Positions 41,379 to 50,821 of a DNA stretch of 51,446 bases are shown piece after piece. A program made the translations under genes and the position numbers. Each line of letters opens with the position of its first letter. Position 1 is the stretch's first letter. Origin of the DNA: an uncultured Planctomycetia bacterium (GTDB lineage: Bacteria; Omnitrophota; Gorgyraeia; JABMRJ01); contig CAZKWI010000002.1 in assembly GCA_964556455.1 (NCBI GenBank), positions 1 through 51,446 on the forward strand, given 5' to 3'. The notes under the pieces were generated by a model that had not been told where the DNA came from, did not search any database, and saw only the letters and a list, made by a program, of their open reading frames with translations.

Positions 41379-42641
41379 CTATCTGCCCGAATTCAGCGGC
41401 ACCGGAACACGGCCGCCATAAGCGAATAGAACCGAAGAATATAAATCCTTTAACTTCTTGTAGTGATCACTGGGGCTGTATTCCGCTTCGGCTTTCCTCC
41501 GGGCGTTATGCCCCATATCCAGGCATAATTCAGGACGGTCGATGAGATACTGCATCTTTTCGGCCAGGGCCTCAACATTACCCGGTTCGAATAATAAACC
41601 GTCGACTCCGTCGTTTATTATCTCCGGGACCGGACCCAGCCCTGAACCGATCACCGGCTTGCCCATGGCAAAAGATTCTACAATAGTAAGGCCGAATGAC
41701 TCGTATGCTTCAGAGGGAAAAACGGTGAAGGCGGCGCCGGCCAGGATGGTCTTTAGTGCCCGGTCGTTTTGAAAACCGAGGAATTTCACATTGCTTAAAT
41801 TATGGTCTTCCGCAAATCTTTGCAATTCCGTTTTTAAGGGGCCGTGGCCGGCTATACAGAGCGTGGCCCCTCTTGTCTTCCTCATTGCCTGTAGCAAAGT
41901 CATCAGCCCTTTGCCTTCGGCCAGCCTCCCAAAATAGACAATGTAGCCGGAATCGTTATAAGGCGGTAAATATTTACCGGTATCGACGAAAACAGGCATG
42001 TACACAAGCTTCTTCCCGTCAAATCCGTAATCGATCAGGATATCTCTCATAAATCTGCTTGGCGCTATAAATACATCTATGTTATTCTCGTAGATCCTGG
42101 TCAGCTTATGAATGGAGGTTTTCAGGGCCGAAAGAAGGCTCGCCTGAAAGGAACCCTTATGGCACCTCTTTAACGCGGCGCGCAGATATATCCCGTCCTT
42201 GCAGGCCTTGCAGGTCCGGCCGTTGAAAAACAGGGTATAATTGGGGCAGACAAGGTCAAAATTATGAATGGTATGCACTGCCGGAATTCCGCATTCCTTA
42301 ATAACGGGCAGGACTGAAGATGAAATCCCATGATGGATCACATGAATGTGCGCAAGCTGAGGCCTTGTCTTTTCTATCAAGGTTTTTATTCTTTTCTTCG
42401 CTTCAAAAGAATATAAAACCCGTGTCAGGATCCTGGGGTAATCGGCCAGGCTTTTGCGGCCGAAGAAATCGACATAATTTAAAAAGAACGGCTCAAAAGG
42501 CGTATAGGAATTCAGCCTGTTTTTTACGGAAAACGGTATGACTTCCCCGCCTTGAGACTCTATCAGCCTGTTCAGCTCAAAAAAATGCCTGTCCGCGCCG
42601 CCTGCTATATGATATCGGTTGTGTATCTGTAATATTTTCAT
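41379..42641 (-). CDS. GT4-family glycosyltransferase
   Basis: 420 aa. MKILQIHNRYHIAGGADRHF and FPSEAYESFGLTIVESFAMGKPVIGSGLG. Confidence 0.85.
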   Translation of the reverse strand: MKILQIHNRYHIAGGADRHFFELNRLIESQGGEVIPFSVKNRLNSYTPFEPFFLNYVDFFGRKSLADYPRILTRVLYSFEAKKRIKTLIEKTRPQLAHIHVIHHGISSSVLPVIKECGIPAVHTIHNFDLVCPNYTLFFNGRTCKACKDGIYLRAALKRCHKGSFQASLLSALKTSIHKLTRIYENNIDVFIAPSRFMRDILIDYGFDGKKLVYMPVFVDTGKYLPPYNDSGYIVYFGRLAEGKGLMTLLQAMRKTRGATLCIAGHGPLKTELQRFAEDHNLSNVKFLGFQNDRALKTILAGAAFTVFPSEAYESFGLTIVESFAMGKPVIGSGLGPVPEIINDGVDGLLFEPGNVEALAEKMQYLIDRPELCLDMGHNARRKAEAEYSPSDHYKKLKDLYSSVLFAYGGRVPVPLNSGR

Positions 42642-42647
42642 TTAGCT

Positions 42648-44318
42648 TTACATGTATCCCAATGTCTCCAGCCTCTGTTTTATCCTTGACGATTCTTCCG
42701 GCGAATAGGGCACTCGTTCTCTCTCAGGCAATATCCCTTTATCATCGATATATTTTATTGGGTTTTTGTCCCTAAAGTTTTCTGTAAATATCCCCTCCAT
42801 CACCCTGCCGTCCATGCTTAAAGGGATTTTTTCGCCCATAGAATAAAGGACCGTGGGGGCCAGGTCGGCTATGCCGGCTTCGCTGAGTTTCCCTCCCTTC
42901 CGGATATTGGGCCCCTTGGCGGCAAATATCCCCTCTATTCTATGCGTTCCTGACCATGGCATTATATCAGAAGAGGCGGCGTTCCTTTTGGTATTTCCCG
43001 GAATTTCAGGAAAGACCGCTTCTTCGGCAAAATCGATGATTACATCAGCCAATCTATCAACATATTTACCGCTATAGGCCTCTTCTCTCTTATATGCGGC
43101 CTTAACGAGCTTTTCACCTGTTGGTGACCTCAAACTGCTGAGTTTATTCTTCAATAGATCCCGTAAGTTTTCATACTCTTCTCCGGGCCTGACTATTCCC
43201 CGGGGCTCTCTCTTTTCCAGATTGATCCATATGTTCTTGCTTAAGCAGACAGACGGCAGGACATAGGCCCTGGTCCGGGGCCAGTCTACCCCGCTCAGGA
43301 ACGATCTGGAAATAAAATTTTTTGCCTGCGCAAAAAACATGGATTTCAAATACCGCTTTATTTCCGGGCTTATATGTCTTTTTATACCGGTCATTATGCG
43401 CTCAATATGCGGATCAAAGATCGTCGATCTTCCGCTTTTTAACTTCATAAAACCATTCTCGCACAGCCATCTATTTAATGACAGGGCGTTATTGAGATCG
43501 AGCGGGCCCATGCCATGATCAGAGATCAACATTACAGTTACATCCTTTTCAGTTTTACTGAGGATATCGCCGGTAAGGCGGTCCATGTCTTCGTAAGTCT
43601 TAAAAATAGCATCCCTGTAAGCTTCCGCCCCTTTCTCATCATACTGGGGATGGCGCCCATCCATACAATGCCAAAAAAAATGCCCCACCCTGTCCGGGGC
43701 CGTAAAGACCATCATAAAAAAGTCCCATGGATATTTCTCCATAAGATATAAAGCGACGTCTTTTCGTTTTTCTTCCACCGACCGGATATTCTGCAGGATC
43801 CTGCCCGCCGTGCTGTATTTCAGGCTCCCCTGAAGAGGATATTCAACAACATAGTCGCCGAACCGTTTCTCTATTTCGGCGAGGACCCCCCGGGGATAGG
43901 CAAAATCAGACCTTACGTCCGGGGCATTTACGCCGGGGAGCAGTATGCCGTTAAACTCGTCGGGAGGATACGTAAACGGGATATTTATAAGAATGGATCT
44001 TTTATCTCCGCCCAGGAGTGACCATAGGGGTTCGGCCTTTCTAAACGAAGCGTTTATAAATCGCTGGGAATAGTCCCTCGGCTGGAATTCGAAAAAATTA
44101 GGGATCCCGTGCTTGCCTGGGTTTTTGCCTGTGGTTATTGTTGTCCAGGCTGCGGCAGAATTATAATTATGCACCGAATTGCATACAGAAGAAACCCCTT
44201 CATTTATAAGGCGCGAGATGTTCGGCAGCCTTCCCTTCCAGGCCATAGGCAAGATTATATCAAAGGTGGCGCTATCCAGCCCTATAACTAAAACCTTTTG
44301 CCTTATATTTCTTTTCAT
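42648..44318 (-). CDS. Alkaline-phosphatase-superfamily protein (type I phosphodiesterase/nucleotide pyrophosphatase-like), copy 2
   Basis: 556 aa. KVLVIGLDSATFDII..., ..AAAWTTITTGKNPGKHGI.., ..FFWHCMD.., ..MLISDHGMGP... No TM or signal peptide is evident. Confidence 0.75.
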   Translation of the reverse strand: MKRNIRQKVLVIGLDSATFDIILPMAWKGRLPNISRLINEGVSSVCNSVHNYNSAAAWTTITTGKNPGKHGIPNFFEFQPRDYSQRFINASFRKAEPLWSLLGGDKRSILINIPFTYPPDEFNGILLPGVNAPDVRSDFAYPRGVLAEIEKRFGDYVVEYPLQGSLKYSTAGRILQNIRSVEEKRKDVALYLMEKYPWDFFMMVFTAPDRVGHFFWHCMDGRHPQYDEKGAEAYRDAIFKTYEDMDRLTGDILSKTEKDVTVMLISDHGMGPLDLNNALSLNRWLCENGFMKLKSGRSTIFDPHIERIMTGIKRHISPEIKRYLKSMFFAQAKNFISRSFLSGVDWPRTRAYVLPSVCLSKNIWINLEKREPRGIVRPGEEYENLRDLLKNKLSSLRSPTGEKLVKAAYKREEAYSGKYVDRLADVIIDFAEEAVFPEIPGNTKRNAASSDIMPWSGTHRIEGIFAAKGPNIRKGGKLSEAGIADLAPTVLYSMGEKIPLSMDGRVMEGIFTENFRDKNPIKYIDDKGILPERERVPYSPEESSRIKQRLETLGYM

Positions 44319-44405
44319 CCCGCTTCTCCGTTGTCTTATCCTTTTTCAAGAGGGGGATCCGGGACGCGCCCCCCTTCCTGCGCGTTACCGCGCCATGATC
44401 CCGGT

Positions 44406-46157
44406 CTAGATATAACCGATGGACTTTAACTTATTTTCAATCGCGTCTTTTTCTTCCTGGGAATAGATTTCGGGCCCGGTCTTAATGAAAGGCTCTTCGG
44501 CCCGAGAATGCCGGACGGGATTTGCCTTCATAAAAGACCCGTTGAATATGTGATCCAGAACTCTGCCATCCATGTTTTTGGATACAGGCAAACCCAGACA
44601 ATGGAGTACGGTTGGCGCAACATCGGTTATCTGGGCCTTGTCAAAATTCCCGGTATTTTTTATATGAGGGCCTCTGGCTAAGAAAATGCCGGCCCTTCTG
44701 TGTTGGCCGGAAAGCCGCATATACCTGTGTCTATCCGAGAATGGGTAGGCGGCATCTGCCCTGTCAGGCCACACCGCTGTCATGTCACCTAAAAATCTCT
44801 CCCGCCATTCGATTATTATATCCGGCGCGGATCCCAGATATTTGCCCCGGTAAAGTTCCTCTCTTTTATAAGCCTTCTTGATCAGTCCTTCGCCGGTCTC
44901 GGGGAGTTTTATCTCTTCGAGCCGCTTGATGATCTCTTCTCTCAGGGCTTCATATTCAGCGCCGGGCTCTACAGTGCCCCTCGGCTGGCGGCCTTTCCGG
45001 TTTATTACTATAGACGTGGATATCTTCTCCCCAAAAGGACTATAGGCCTTTGTATTGCGCCAGTCGACACATGAAAGAAGATACCGGCTCTTCGCGTCTT
45101 TCTTCGCCTTATTGATCAATTTGTAAAGCTTGAGCCTCTTCGCCTTATCTATAACAGGCTTGAGGCTAAGGTAGCTGTTAAGAAGCAGCCTCCACGCCTT
45201 ATCCTTTAAGGCCTCTTTAGGTAGCTTTAGATATCCTTCCTGATTTAACCATAGATTCAGATCAAGGTATGGGCAGGTTCCATGGAACGGCCCCATACCA
45301 TGGTCGGAGACGATGATTATTGTTACTTCCCGGCCCAGGCCCGAAATGATAGTCTCGATGGCTTTATCCAGCTTCTCATAAGTCCTCCTTATCGCGTCCC
45401 TATACCCCCGGCTCCTTTTTTCGCTGAAGCGGGCGTGATCGCTGTCCATACAATGCCAGAATATATGCGGCATCCTGTCGGAAGCGACGAAGACCACACT
45501 GAGAAAATCCCAGGGGTATCTATCCATTAGATACCTTGTAACCTCGGCCCTTTTTTCAACAGTACGTTCCATAGCCTTCAGGATCTTATCGGCTTCTCTG
45601 TAGCTCGTCTTTCCCCAAAATGAAGGCTCTATCTCGTAACCGCCGACATATCTTTGTATCTCGTCATAAAGCTGGGCGGGATAGGTAATATCGGCCGGCC
45701 CTCCCGGCGAGCCTGCCCCGGCTATGAAGAAACCGTTAACATTTTCAGGAGGGAATGTAAACGGGACATTTATAACGCCCACCTTAAAGCCGCGCTCGCT
45801 CAATGTGGTCCATAACGGCTTTGCTTTACAGGACCTTAGGCTTACAACCCCTGTGTCATAATCTCCCCTCTTCAATGCCCTCAAGCCAAATATACCGTGT
45901 TTACCGGGGTTTGTGCCGGTAACTAAACTCGCCCAGGCTACAGTCGATACGTATGGAACTGTCGAAATCAACTCTCCATGCACTCCCTCATCTAAAAACC
46001 TGGCTATGGTAGGGAGCCTCCCCTCTCGGACCAGGGGCCTTATCAGATCCAAGGTCGCCCCGTCCAATCCTATCAGCAGCACCTTCTTGCGTTTATTCAC
46101 CCCTGGAATCCCTCCATATGCGGCGATAAGCCTTGAATGCGCCTTGTAGCGGTTCAA
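44406..46157 (-). CDS. Alkaline-phosphatase-superfamily protein (type I phosphodiesterase/nucleotide pyrophosphatase-like), copy 1
   Basis: 583 aa. KVLLIGLDGATLDLI..., ..TVAWASLVTGTNPGKHGI.., ..IFWHCMD.., ..IIVSDHGMGP... Colinear paralogue of 42648..44318. A GTG at 46100 (VNKRKKVLLIG) is a plausible alternative start that reduces the overlap with 46093..47001. Confidence 0.75.
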   Translation of the reverse strand: MNRYKAHSRLIAAYGGIPGVNKRKKVLLIGLDGATLDLIRPLVREGRLPTIARFLDEGVHGELISTVPYVSTVAWASLVTGTNPGKHGIFGLRALKRGDYDTGVVSLRSCKAKPLWTTLSERGFKVGVINVPFTFPPENVNGFFIAGAGSPGGPADITYPAQLYDEIQRYVGGYEIEPSFWGKTSYREADKILKAMERTVEKRAEVTRYLMDRYPWDFLSVVFVASDRMPHIFWHCMDSDHARFSEKRSRGYRDAIRRTYEKLDKAIETIISGLGREVTIIIVSDHGMGPFHGTCPYLDLNLWLNQEGYLKLPKEALKDKAWRLLLNSYLSLKPVIDKAKRLKLYKLINKAKKDAKSRYLLSCVDWRNTKAYSPFGEKISTSIVINRKGRQPRGTVEPGAEYEALREEIIKRLEEIKLPETGEGLIKKAYKREELYRGKYLGSAPDIIIEWRERFLGDMTAVWPDRADAAYPFSDRHRYMRLSGQHRRAGIFLARGPHIKNTGNFDKAQITDVAPTVLHCLGLPVSKNMDGRVLDHIFNGSFMKANPVRHSRAEEPFIKTGPEIYSQEEKDAIENKLKSIGYI

Positions 46158-47001
46158 GCCTTAGCTCTTTGGCCGCCCAATAGCCCGCCCTCAGGATTTC
46201 CCCGATCCTTGACCATAATAGCGCGGTTTTGTTGAGAAATGACTTACGCATATTTTTTTTGAAAAAGTAATCGTGATAATAGATTATCATATATGTACGG
46301 ACGCTTATCGGCAACCTGGCTTCTCTCGCATTCTTATGATATATCCTCGCCTGCGGGCTTTGTATAAGTTTATATCTTTTGCTTACCCTGAATGAAAGAT
46401 CCACATCCTCCATGCATTCAGCAGCAGGCAGGTGTTCATCAAAATGAAATTGGCCGAACACATCTTTTTTGAAAAAAGCGGCTACCGTGGAAATACACTC
46501 CACTTCTCTTGCGCCAGCTCCTGGGTTGTTGCAAAAAGCCGGATAGCCTGAGCGCTGTATTCTCCCTTTACCGTCAAAACGCGACAGCATAAAGGTTCTC
46601 CAGAATAATCTCTTCAGCCGGGGTATCTCAATATTTCCCTCGTTTATTGCCCCCACTCCGCCAAGATCGTTGTCTTCCAAAAAGTGGGCCTTTATATTCT
46701 CCAGGCACCGTTTATCCATGACAGCATCGTCGTCTATAAAACCGGCTATCCGGCCTGTCGAGTTCTCGATGCCGGCATTCCTCTGCCTTGCTATTCCTGA
46801 ATCAGGCGCCAGGCGGATATACTTCAGCCTTATCGGCCCCTTAGACTGCCAAGACCCGCAGATATCCTCTGTATGGCTCCCCCGGCTTACATCTACAATA
46901 ACTACCTCCTTAGGAAGCAGGGATTGCCTCCGGATCGATCCGAGGCACTCTTCCAGATCCCGGGGCCTGTCCTTTGTAACTATGATTATAGATATATCCA
47001 T
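46093..47001 (-). CDS. GT2-family glycosyltransferase
   Basis: 302 aa. MDISIIIVTKDRPRDLEECL...VVIVDVS...FIDDDAV. Confidence 0.8.
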   Translation of the reverse strand: MDISIIIVTKDRPRDLEECLGSIRRQSLLPKEVVIVDVSRGSHTEDICGSWQSKGPIRLKYIRLAPDSGIARQRNAGIENSTGRIAGFIDDDAVMDKRCLENIKAHFLEDNDLGGVGAINEGNIEIPRLKRLFWRTFMLSRFDGKGRIQRSGYPAFCNNPGAGAREVECISTVAAFFKKDVFGQFHFDEHLPAAECMEDVDLSFRVSKRYKLIQSPQARIYHKNAREARLPISVRTYMIIYYHDYFFKKNMRKSFLNKTALLWSRIGEILRAGYWAAKELRLEPLQGAFKAYRRIWRDSRGE

Positions 47002-47013
47002 AATATGACGGCT

Positions 47014-48372
47014 TCAATCCCTGGAGCGGCGACAGGCCTGCCTTCGTTGCGCAATCGCTTCGGCAGAACCTGTCAGCGCGCCCAAGATCAGAATAAACGT
47101 AAATCCTCCATACGCAGTAACTGAGTCATGAAACATAGTTGCCAGCATCCAACTTGCCAAAAGCGCGAGATATGAACTGGCCAGGATCTTAAAATACCTG
47201 TCGCGGCTGTTTCGATACACCCGGAGGGCCTGCTTTGCCAGGATAAACAAAACGGCAAGACATGAGATCAAGCCTAACAGGCCAAACTCTATGGCCAATG
47301 TGAGATATCCGTTGTGAGCCCCTTTATCTAAACCGGATGCGGCGAATATCAGGTCCCGCGAAACCCCTCCTCCCTGCCCGAACAGGATCTTTGGGAAAAC
47401 AAGGGGAAAGGCGTGCTTAAAATGGTGTATGCGCCAGGCCAGGGCGGGTTCTAACGGCCCTGAGATCGACTTCAGGGTGGGCTCCAGTCTCTGCCAGACC
47501 CCCGGGGTCAATGCCGCCGCAGCCAGAATAAATACAAGCAGCCACAATACGCCCCTTCTGCGGATCAAAAGACCGAAAAGAACAATCATCAACAACGCCC
47601 CAAACCAGGCCACCCTGGTGAATGTCATATATAACGCGCCCAGAGCCGCTAAGCCGGCAATCCCGGCCGAAATATTTGCCGTCCTGGAAGTGCCGCCGAA
47701 CAAAAGGACGAGCGCGGCGGATAAACAGACCATCATATAATTGCCGACATTGGCGGGGGACTTGAATGTTGAATAAATTCTGGTAAAATCTATCGGGAAA
47801 TTCATACCGGTTTTGTTAATATACTGCCAGACGCCTATTGCGATGGGTACGGTTGAAGAAAAGACTATGGTCAGGAGCAATCTGTTGATCTTGGGCTTAT
47901 CACAGAAAATATCCAGGACTATTACATAAAGCACCAGCATGCTGAAAAGCCTGTGGGCCCAACGCGCGCTCTGCAGTTTATCAGGCGAGTGGAATGCGGA
48001 GATAACGGAAGCCAAGATCAATAAGGAAAAAGGGCCTATTATGGGAACCGACCTTAAATTAACTCTCCTTTGCAGAATGTAAAGGCTTCCTGCAAAGGTC
48101 AACGATAGATTTAAAGCTCCCCCGATGCCGATCGAGACAGCGCCTATCTCCAGCTGGCTCAACCATAACAGATTTATGACCGCCACAAATGACAGGACGG
48201 CATATTCCGGGCGCTCAAGGAAAAAAAGAGAAAATAGAAGGCACGCGAGCAGGCCGAAGAACCAGATATAACCGCCTGTATAGATCAAGAATGCCGAAGC
48301 CGCGCCTAAGGCCAGGGCTATAAACGGGATAAGCCGATACCGCTTTTCTATGATAAGGGTTGAATGGGACAT
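47014..48372 (-). CDS. O-antigen ligase/polymerase-family polytopic membrane protein (Wzy_C-like), second copy
   Basis: 452 aa with about 11 hydrophobic segments. TRIYSTFKSPANVGNYMMVCL and GAHNGYLTLAIEFGLLGL. Confidence 0.75.
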   Translation of the reverse strand: MSHSTLIIEKRYRLIPFIALALGAASAFLIYTGGYIWFFGLLACLLFSLFFLERPEYAVLSFVAVINLLWLSQLEIGAVSIGIGGALNLSLTFAGSLYILQRRVNLRSVPIIGPFSLLILASVISAFHSPDKLQSARWAHRLFSMLVLYVIVLDIFCDKPKINRLLLTIVFSSTVPIAIGVWQYINKTGMNFPIDFTRIYSTFKSPANVGNYMMVCLSAALVLLFGGTSRTANISAGIAGLAALGALYMTFTRVAWFGALLMIVLFGLLIRRRGVLWLLVFILAAAALTPGVWQRLEPTLKSISGPLEPALAWRIHHFKHAFPLVFPKILFGQGGGVSRDLIFAASGLDKGAHNGYLTLAIEFGLLGLISCLAVLFILAKQALRVYRNSRDRYFKILASSYLALLASWMLATMFHDSVTAYGGFTFILILGALTGSAEAIAQRRQACRRSRD

Positions 48373-48391
48373 CTTTTAATTAAAGGCCCTC

Positions 48392-49309
48392 TTATTTCTT
48401 TTGACAAGCCGCCAGGCCAATTACCAAAAAGATAGAGACAAGAAAGCCCGCCAGCCCCGCCAGTCCCAGGGATAAGACTATGTTTGGCGTTATGCGCGCG
48501 CTGGGCTCAACCGCTTTAGAGGCAAAGGCCGCTTGAGGGGCTCTCTCTTTGAGCATTAACCTGACCTGGCCCGCTTTTTGGCGAAAAAGTTCGTATGAGA
48601 ACCTGGCGTCTTCAAGGTCTCTGTTTAAAGATATCTCTTTTAGCTGTATCTTGAGCGGCCTGGTTCCCTCTTTAAGAGAGCCTTTAAACTGAAGAAGGTC
48701 CCGTTCTGCCTTTTCTAAATCCGCTTTCGAGGTTTCGAATTCCCCGATCATAACCGCGTGCATCTCCTTCAGCTGCAAAAGATAAAATTCGTTGAACTTC
48801 CGCACAAAAAGCTCTCCCCAGGTATTCACAATATCTGACGCAAGGCCGGGGTCCCCCTTAACCCGGGCCAGGAGCGTTAGTGCGGGTGCGTAATGGACGG
48901 CATTGTAAGACCTTTTCTCCTCTAACCGCTCGACTTCCAGCAGCTCGTCGAGTCTTTTAACCGTCATCTCATCCAGCCTCAGCTTATCTATTATCCCTTT
49001 CAAGATCTCCTGCCCCTTCAGTATCTCCTGCCATACCCTGAGAGAAACATCCATATCGTTTTGCTTCGTGACAAATCCCGATAGAGAAGGCTGGCCGGAC
49101 TCGATTATTGTGACGGATTCCGGCAGAAGCTCTGTCATTATGACAGGGTTGCGGATACACAGTATCGCCTCGGCTTCATAGACATCCGGCAAAAAAAGGC
49201 TCAAGCCGCCGGCCGCCAGAGTTGAAATAAGTACGGCTGAGATAATCCATTTCTTTTGTTTTATTATCACATCCAGATAATCTTTAAGACAAGGCGCCAT
49301 CTCCCGCAT
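48392..49309 (-). CDS. Short Wzz-like chain-length-determinant / PCP protein (no kinase partner adjacent)
   Basis: 305 aa. LKDYLDVIIKQKKWIISAVLISTLAAGGLSLFLPDVYEAEA (Wzz N-motif plus TM1), a coiled-coil middle, and C-terminal TM LSLGLAGLAGFLVSIFLVIGLAA. Confidence 0.65.
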   Translation of the reverse strand: MREMAPCLKDYLDVIIKQKKWIISAVLISTLAAGGLSLFLPDVYEAEAILCIRNPVIMTELLPESVTIIESGQPSLSGFVTKQNDMDVSLRVWQEILKGQEILKGIIDKLRLDEMTVKRLDELLEVERLEEKRSYNAVHYAPALTLLARVKGDPGLASDIVNTWGELFVRKFNEFYLLQLKEMHAVMIGEFETSKADLEKAERDLLQFKGSLKEGTRPLKIQLKEISLNRDLEDARFSYELFRQKAGQVRLMLKERAPQAAFASKAVEPSARITPNIVLSLGLAGLAGFLVSIFLVIGLAACQKK

Positions 49310-49312
49310 CTT

Positions 49313-50815
49313 TTATCCCTCCTGGTAAACTTTTTGGCGATACTGCCTCCGCCGATTAAACCCGTTCTTTATTTTCACAACAAACAACGGCTTGGTAACA
49401 GTGAGTTTATAGATAAATCTGTTCAAGGTTCTTATAAAAAACATGTCGTAAATAATAAACAGCGCCCTGGTCCACACCTTGTCCCTATGGGCCGCGAAAA
49501 GCCTGACAAGCCATCCGGGTGTGCGCGGCGCGGCCGCGATCAGCCTGTTTAAATATGTCCGGCCGGGCTTGCCGTATTCGAAGGTATATCCGTTTCTGTC
49601 CTCTGTAAAAAGTCCGTCATTTTTTGCCGTCCCGGTCAATTCTGTCGAGGGAAAGAACGCCATGGAAAAGGTCTGAAGCCAGTACGGTTTGGGTAACGCA
49701 GCCAATGTGTTTATTATCTGGATCAGCCCCTCTTTTTTTTCATAGGGATTGTCAATGATGACATCATACCGCCCAGTCACATCATATTCACGCAAGGCCT
49801 TTGCCGCTCTTAGGACATCCTTATGAGCGCACGGCCTCTTAAATATATCTTTATTAACCCTGTCGCTGCCCTGTATTCCCAATTGCAGGAATTCCAGTCC
49901 GGCGTCTTTTAACCTGGAAGTCCTCTCCGGAGTTACGGCTTCAGGGAAAGATTTACAGGTAAAGGGCAGATTAACATGTTTTTTATACATTGCGGCGAAC
50001 TTATCCAGAAACTCATCTCCTGATAAGAGAAAATTGTCGTCCTGAATACTTATGAATTCCACAAAGCCGAGTTTGTCCTTTACATATACAAGTTCGTCCA
50101 TGAGGTGTTCCGCGCTTCTCTTTCTTATATGTCCGCCTTTGCCGCTATAGAGCCTCTTGAAATACGGATTACAGCAGTACGCGCAATCAAACGGACAGCC
50201 TCTCGTCATCAATACATTGTATTTAGCGCCGTTGCCGAAAGAATGTTTGCGATACAGCGGGAAAGTCAATCTCGTTATTACGCTGTTATCGAGGCAATAG
50301 CAACTTTGCCAATCCCATCGGGGAAACGGGAGTTTATCCATATCTGAGGTATACGGCCTTACCCCGTTTCTGATAATGGCGCCGTTATTTTTAAACCAGA
50401 AATTCCTGGTATCGTAGTAGAATTGGCCCCTTTCGATCTTATCTGTCAGTTCAAGCATCGCCTCTTCCCCTTCACCAAGACAGACCATATCCGCGTAATG
50501 CAATGACTCCTCGGGCATGAGTGTCGGGTGTATCCCGCCCCAAACAATTGAAATATCCGGAAAACGCGATTTTATCCACCCGCTCAATCTAGCGCATCTG
50601 CTAAAATTAAAGGTCATAAGGCTCAGGCCGATAATATCGGGGCTTACCGATTTGACCAAATTGAGAACCTGGTCGATCTCTTTTCTGGTTTCAGGGCGGC
50701 TCAAAGGTAAAAAGAGCACGTTTACATCATGGCCGTTTTCACTTAAATATGTGGATACATTCAGAAGGCCCAGAGGTTGGATCTGATTTAAGGCCGAAAT
50801 TAAAAGCAATTTCAA
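49313..50815 (-). CDS. B12-binding-domain radical SAM enzyme
   Basis: 500 aa. MKLLLISALNQIQPLGLL...VWGGIHPTL is the B12-binding-like module. LMTRGCPFDCAYCCNP carries the CX3CX2C cluster. Confidence 0.8.
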   Translation of the reverse strand: MKLLLISALNQIQPLGLLNVSTYLSENGHDVNVLFLPLSRPETRKEIDQVLNLVKSVSPDIIGLSLMTFNFSRCARLSGWIKSRFPDISIVWGGIHPTLMPEESLHYADMVCLGEGEEAMLELTDKIERGQFYYDTRNFWFKNNGAIIRNGVRPYTSDMDKLPFPRWDWQSCYCLDNSVITRLTFPLYRKHSFGNGAKYNVLMTRGCPFDCAYCCNPYFKRLYSGKGGHIRKRSAEHLMDELVYVKDKLGFVEFISIQDDNFLLSGDEFLDKFAAMYKKHVNLPFTCKSFPEAVTPERTSRLKDAGLEFLQLGIQGSDRVNKDIFKRPCAHKDVLRAAKALREYDVTGRYDVIIDNPYEKKEGLIQIINTLAALPKPYWLQTFSMAFFPSTELTGTAKNDGLFTEDRNGYTFEYGKPGRTYLNRLIAAAPRTPGWLVRLFAAHRDKVWTRALFIIYDMFFIRTLNRFIYKLTVTKPLFVVKIKNGFNRRRQYRQKVYQEG

Positions 50816-50821
50816 TAGATA

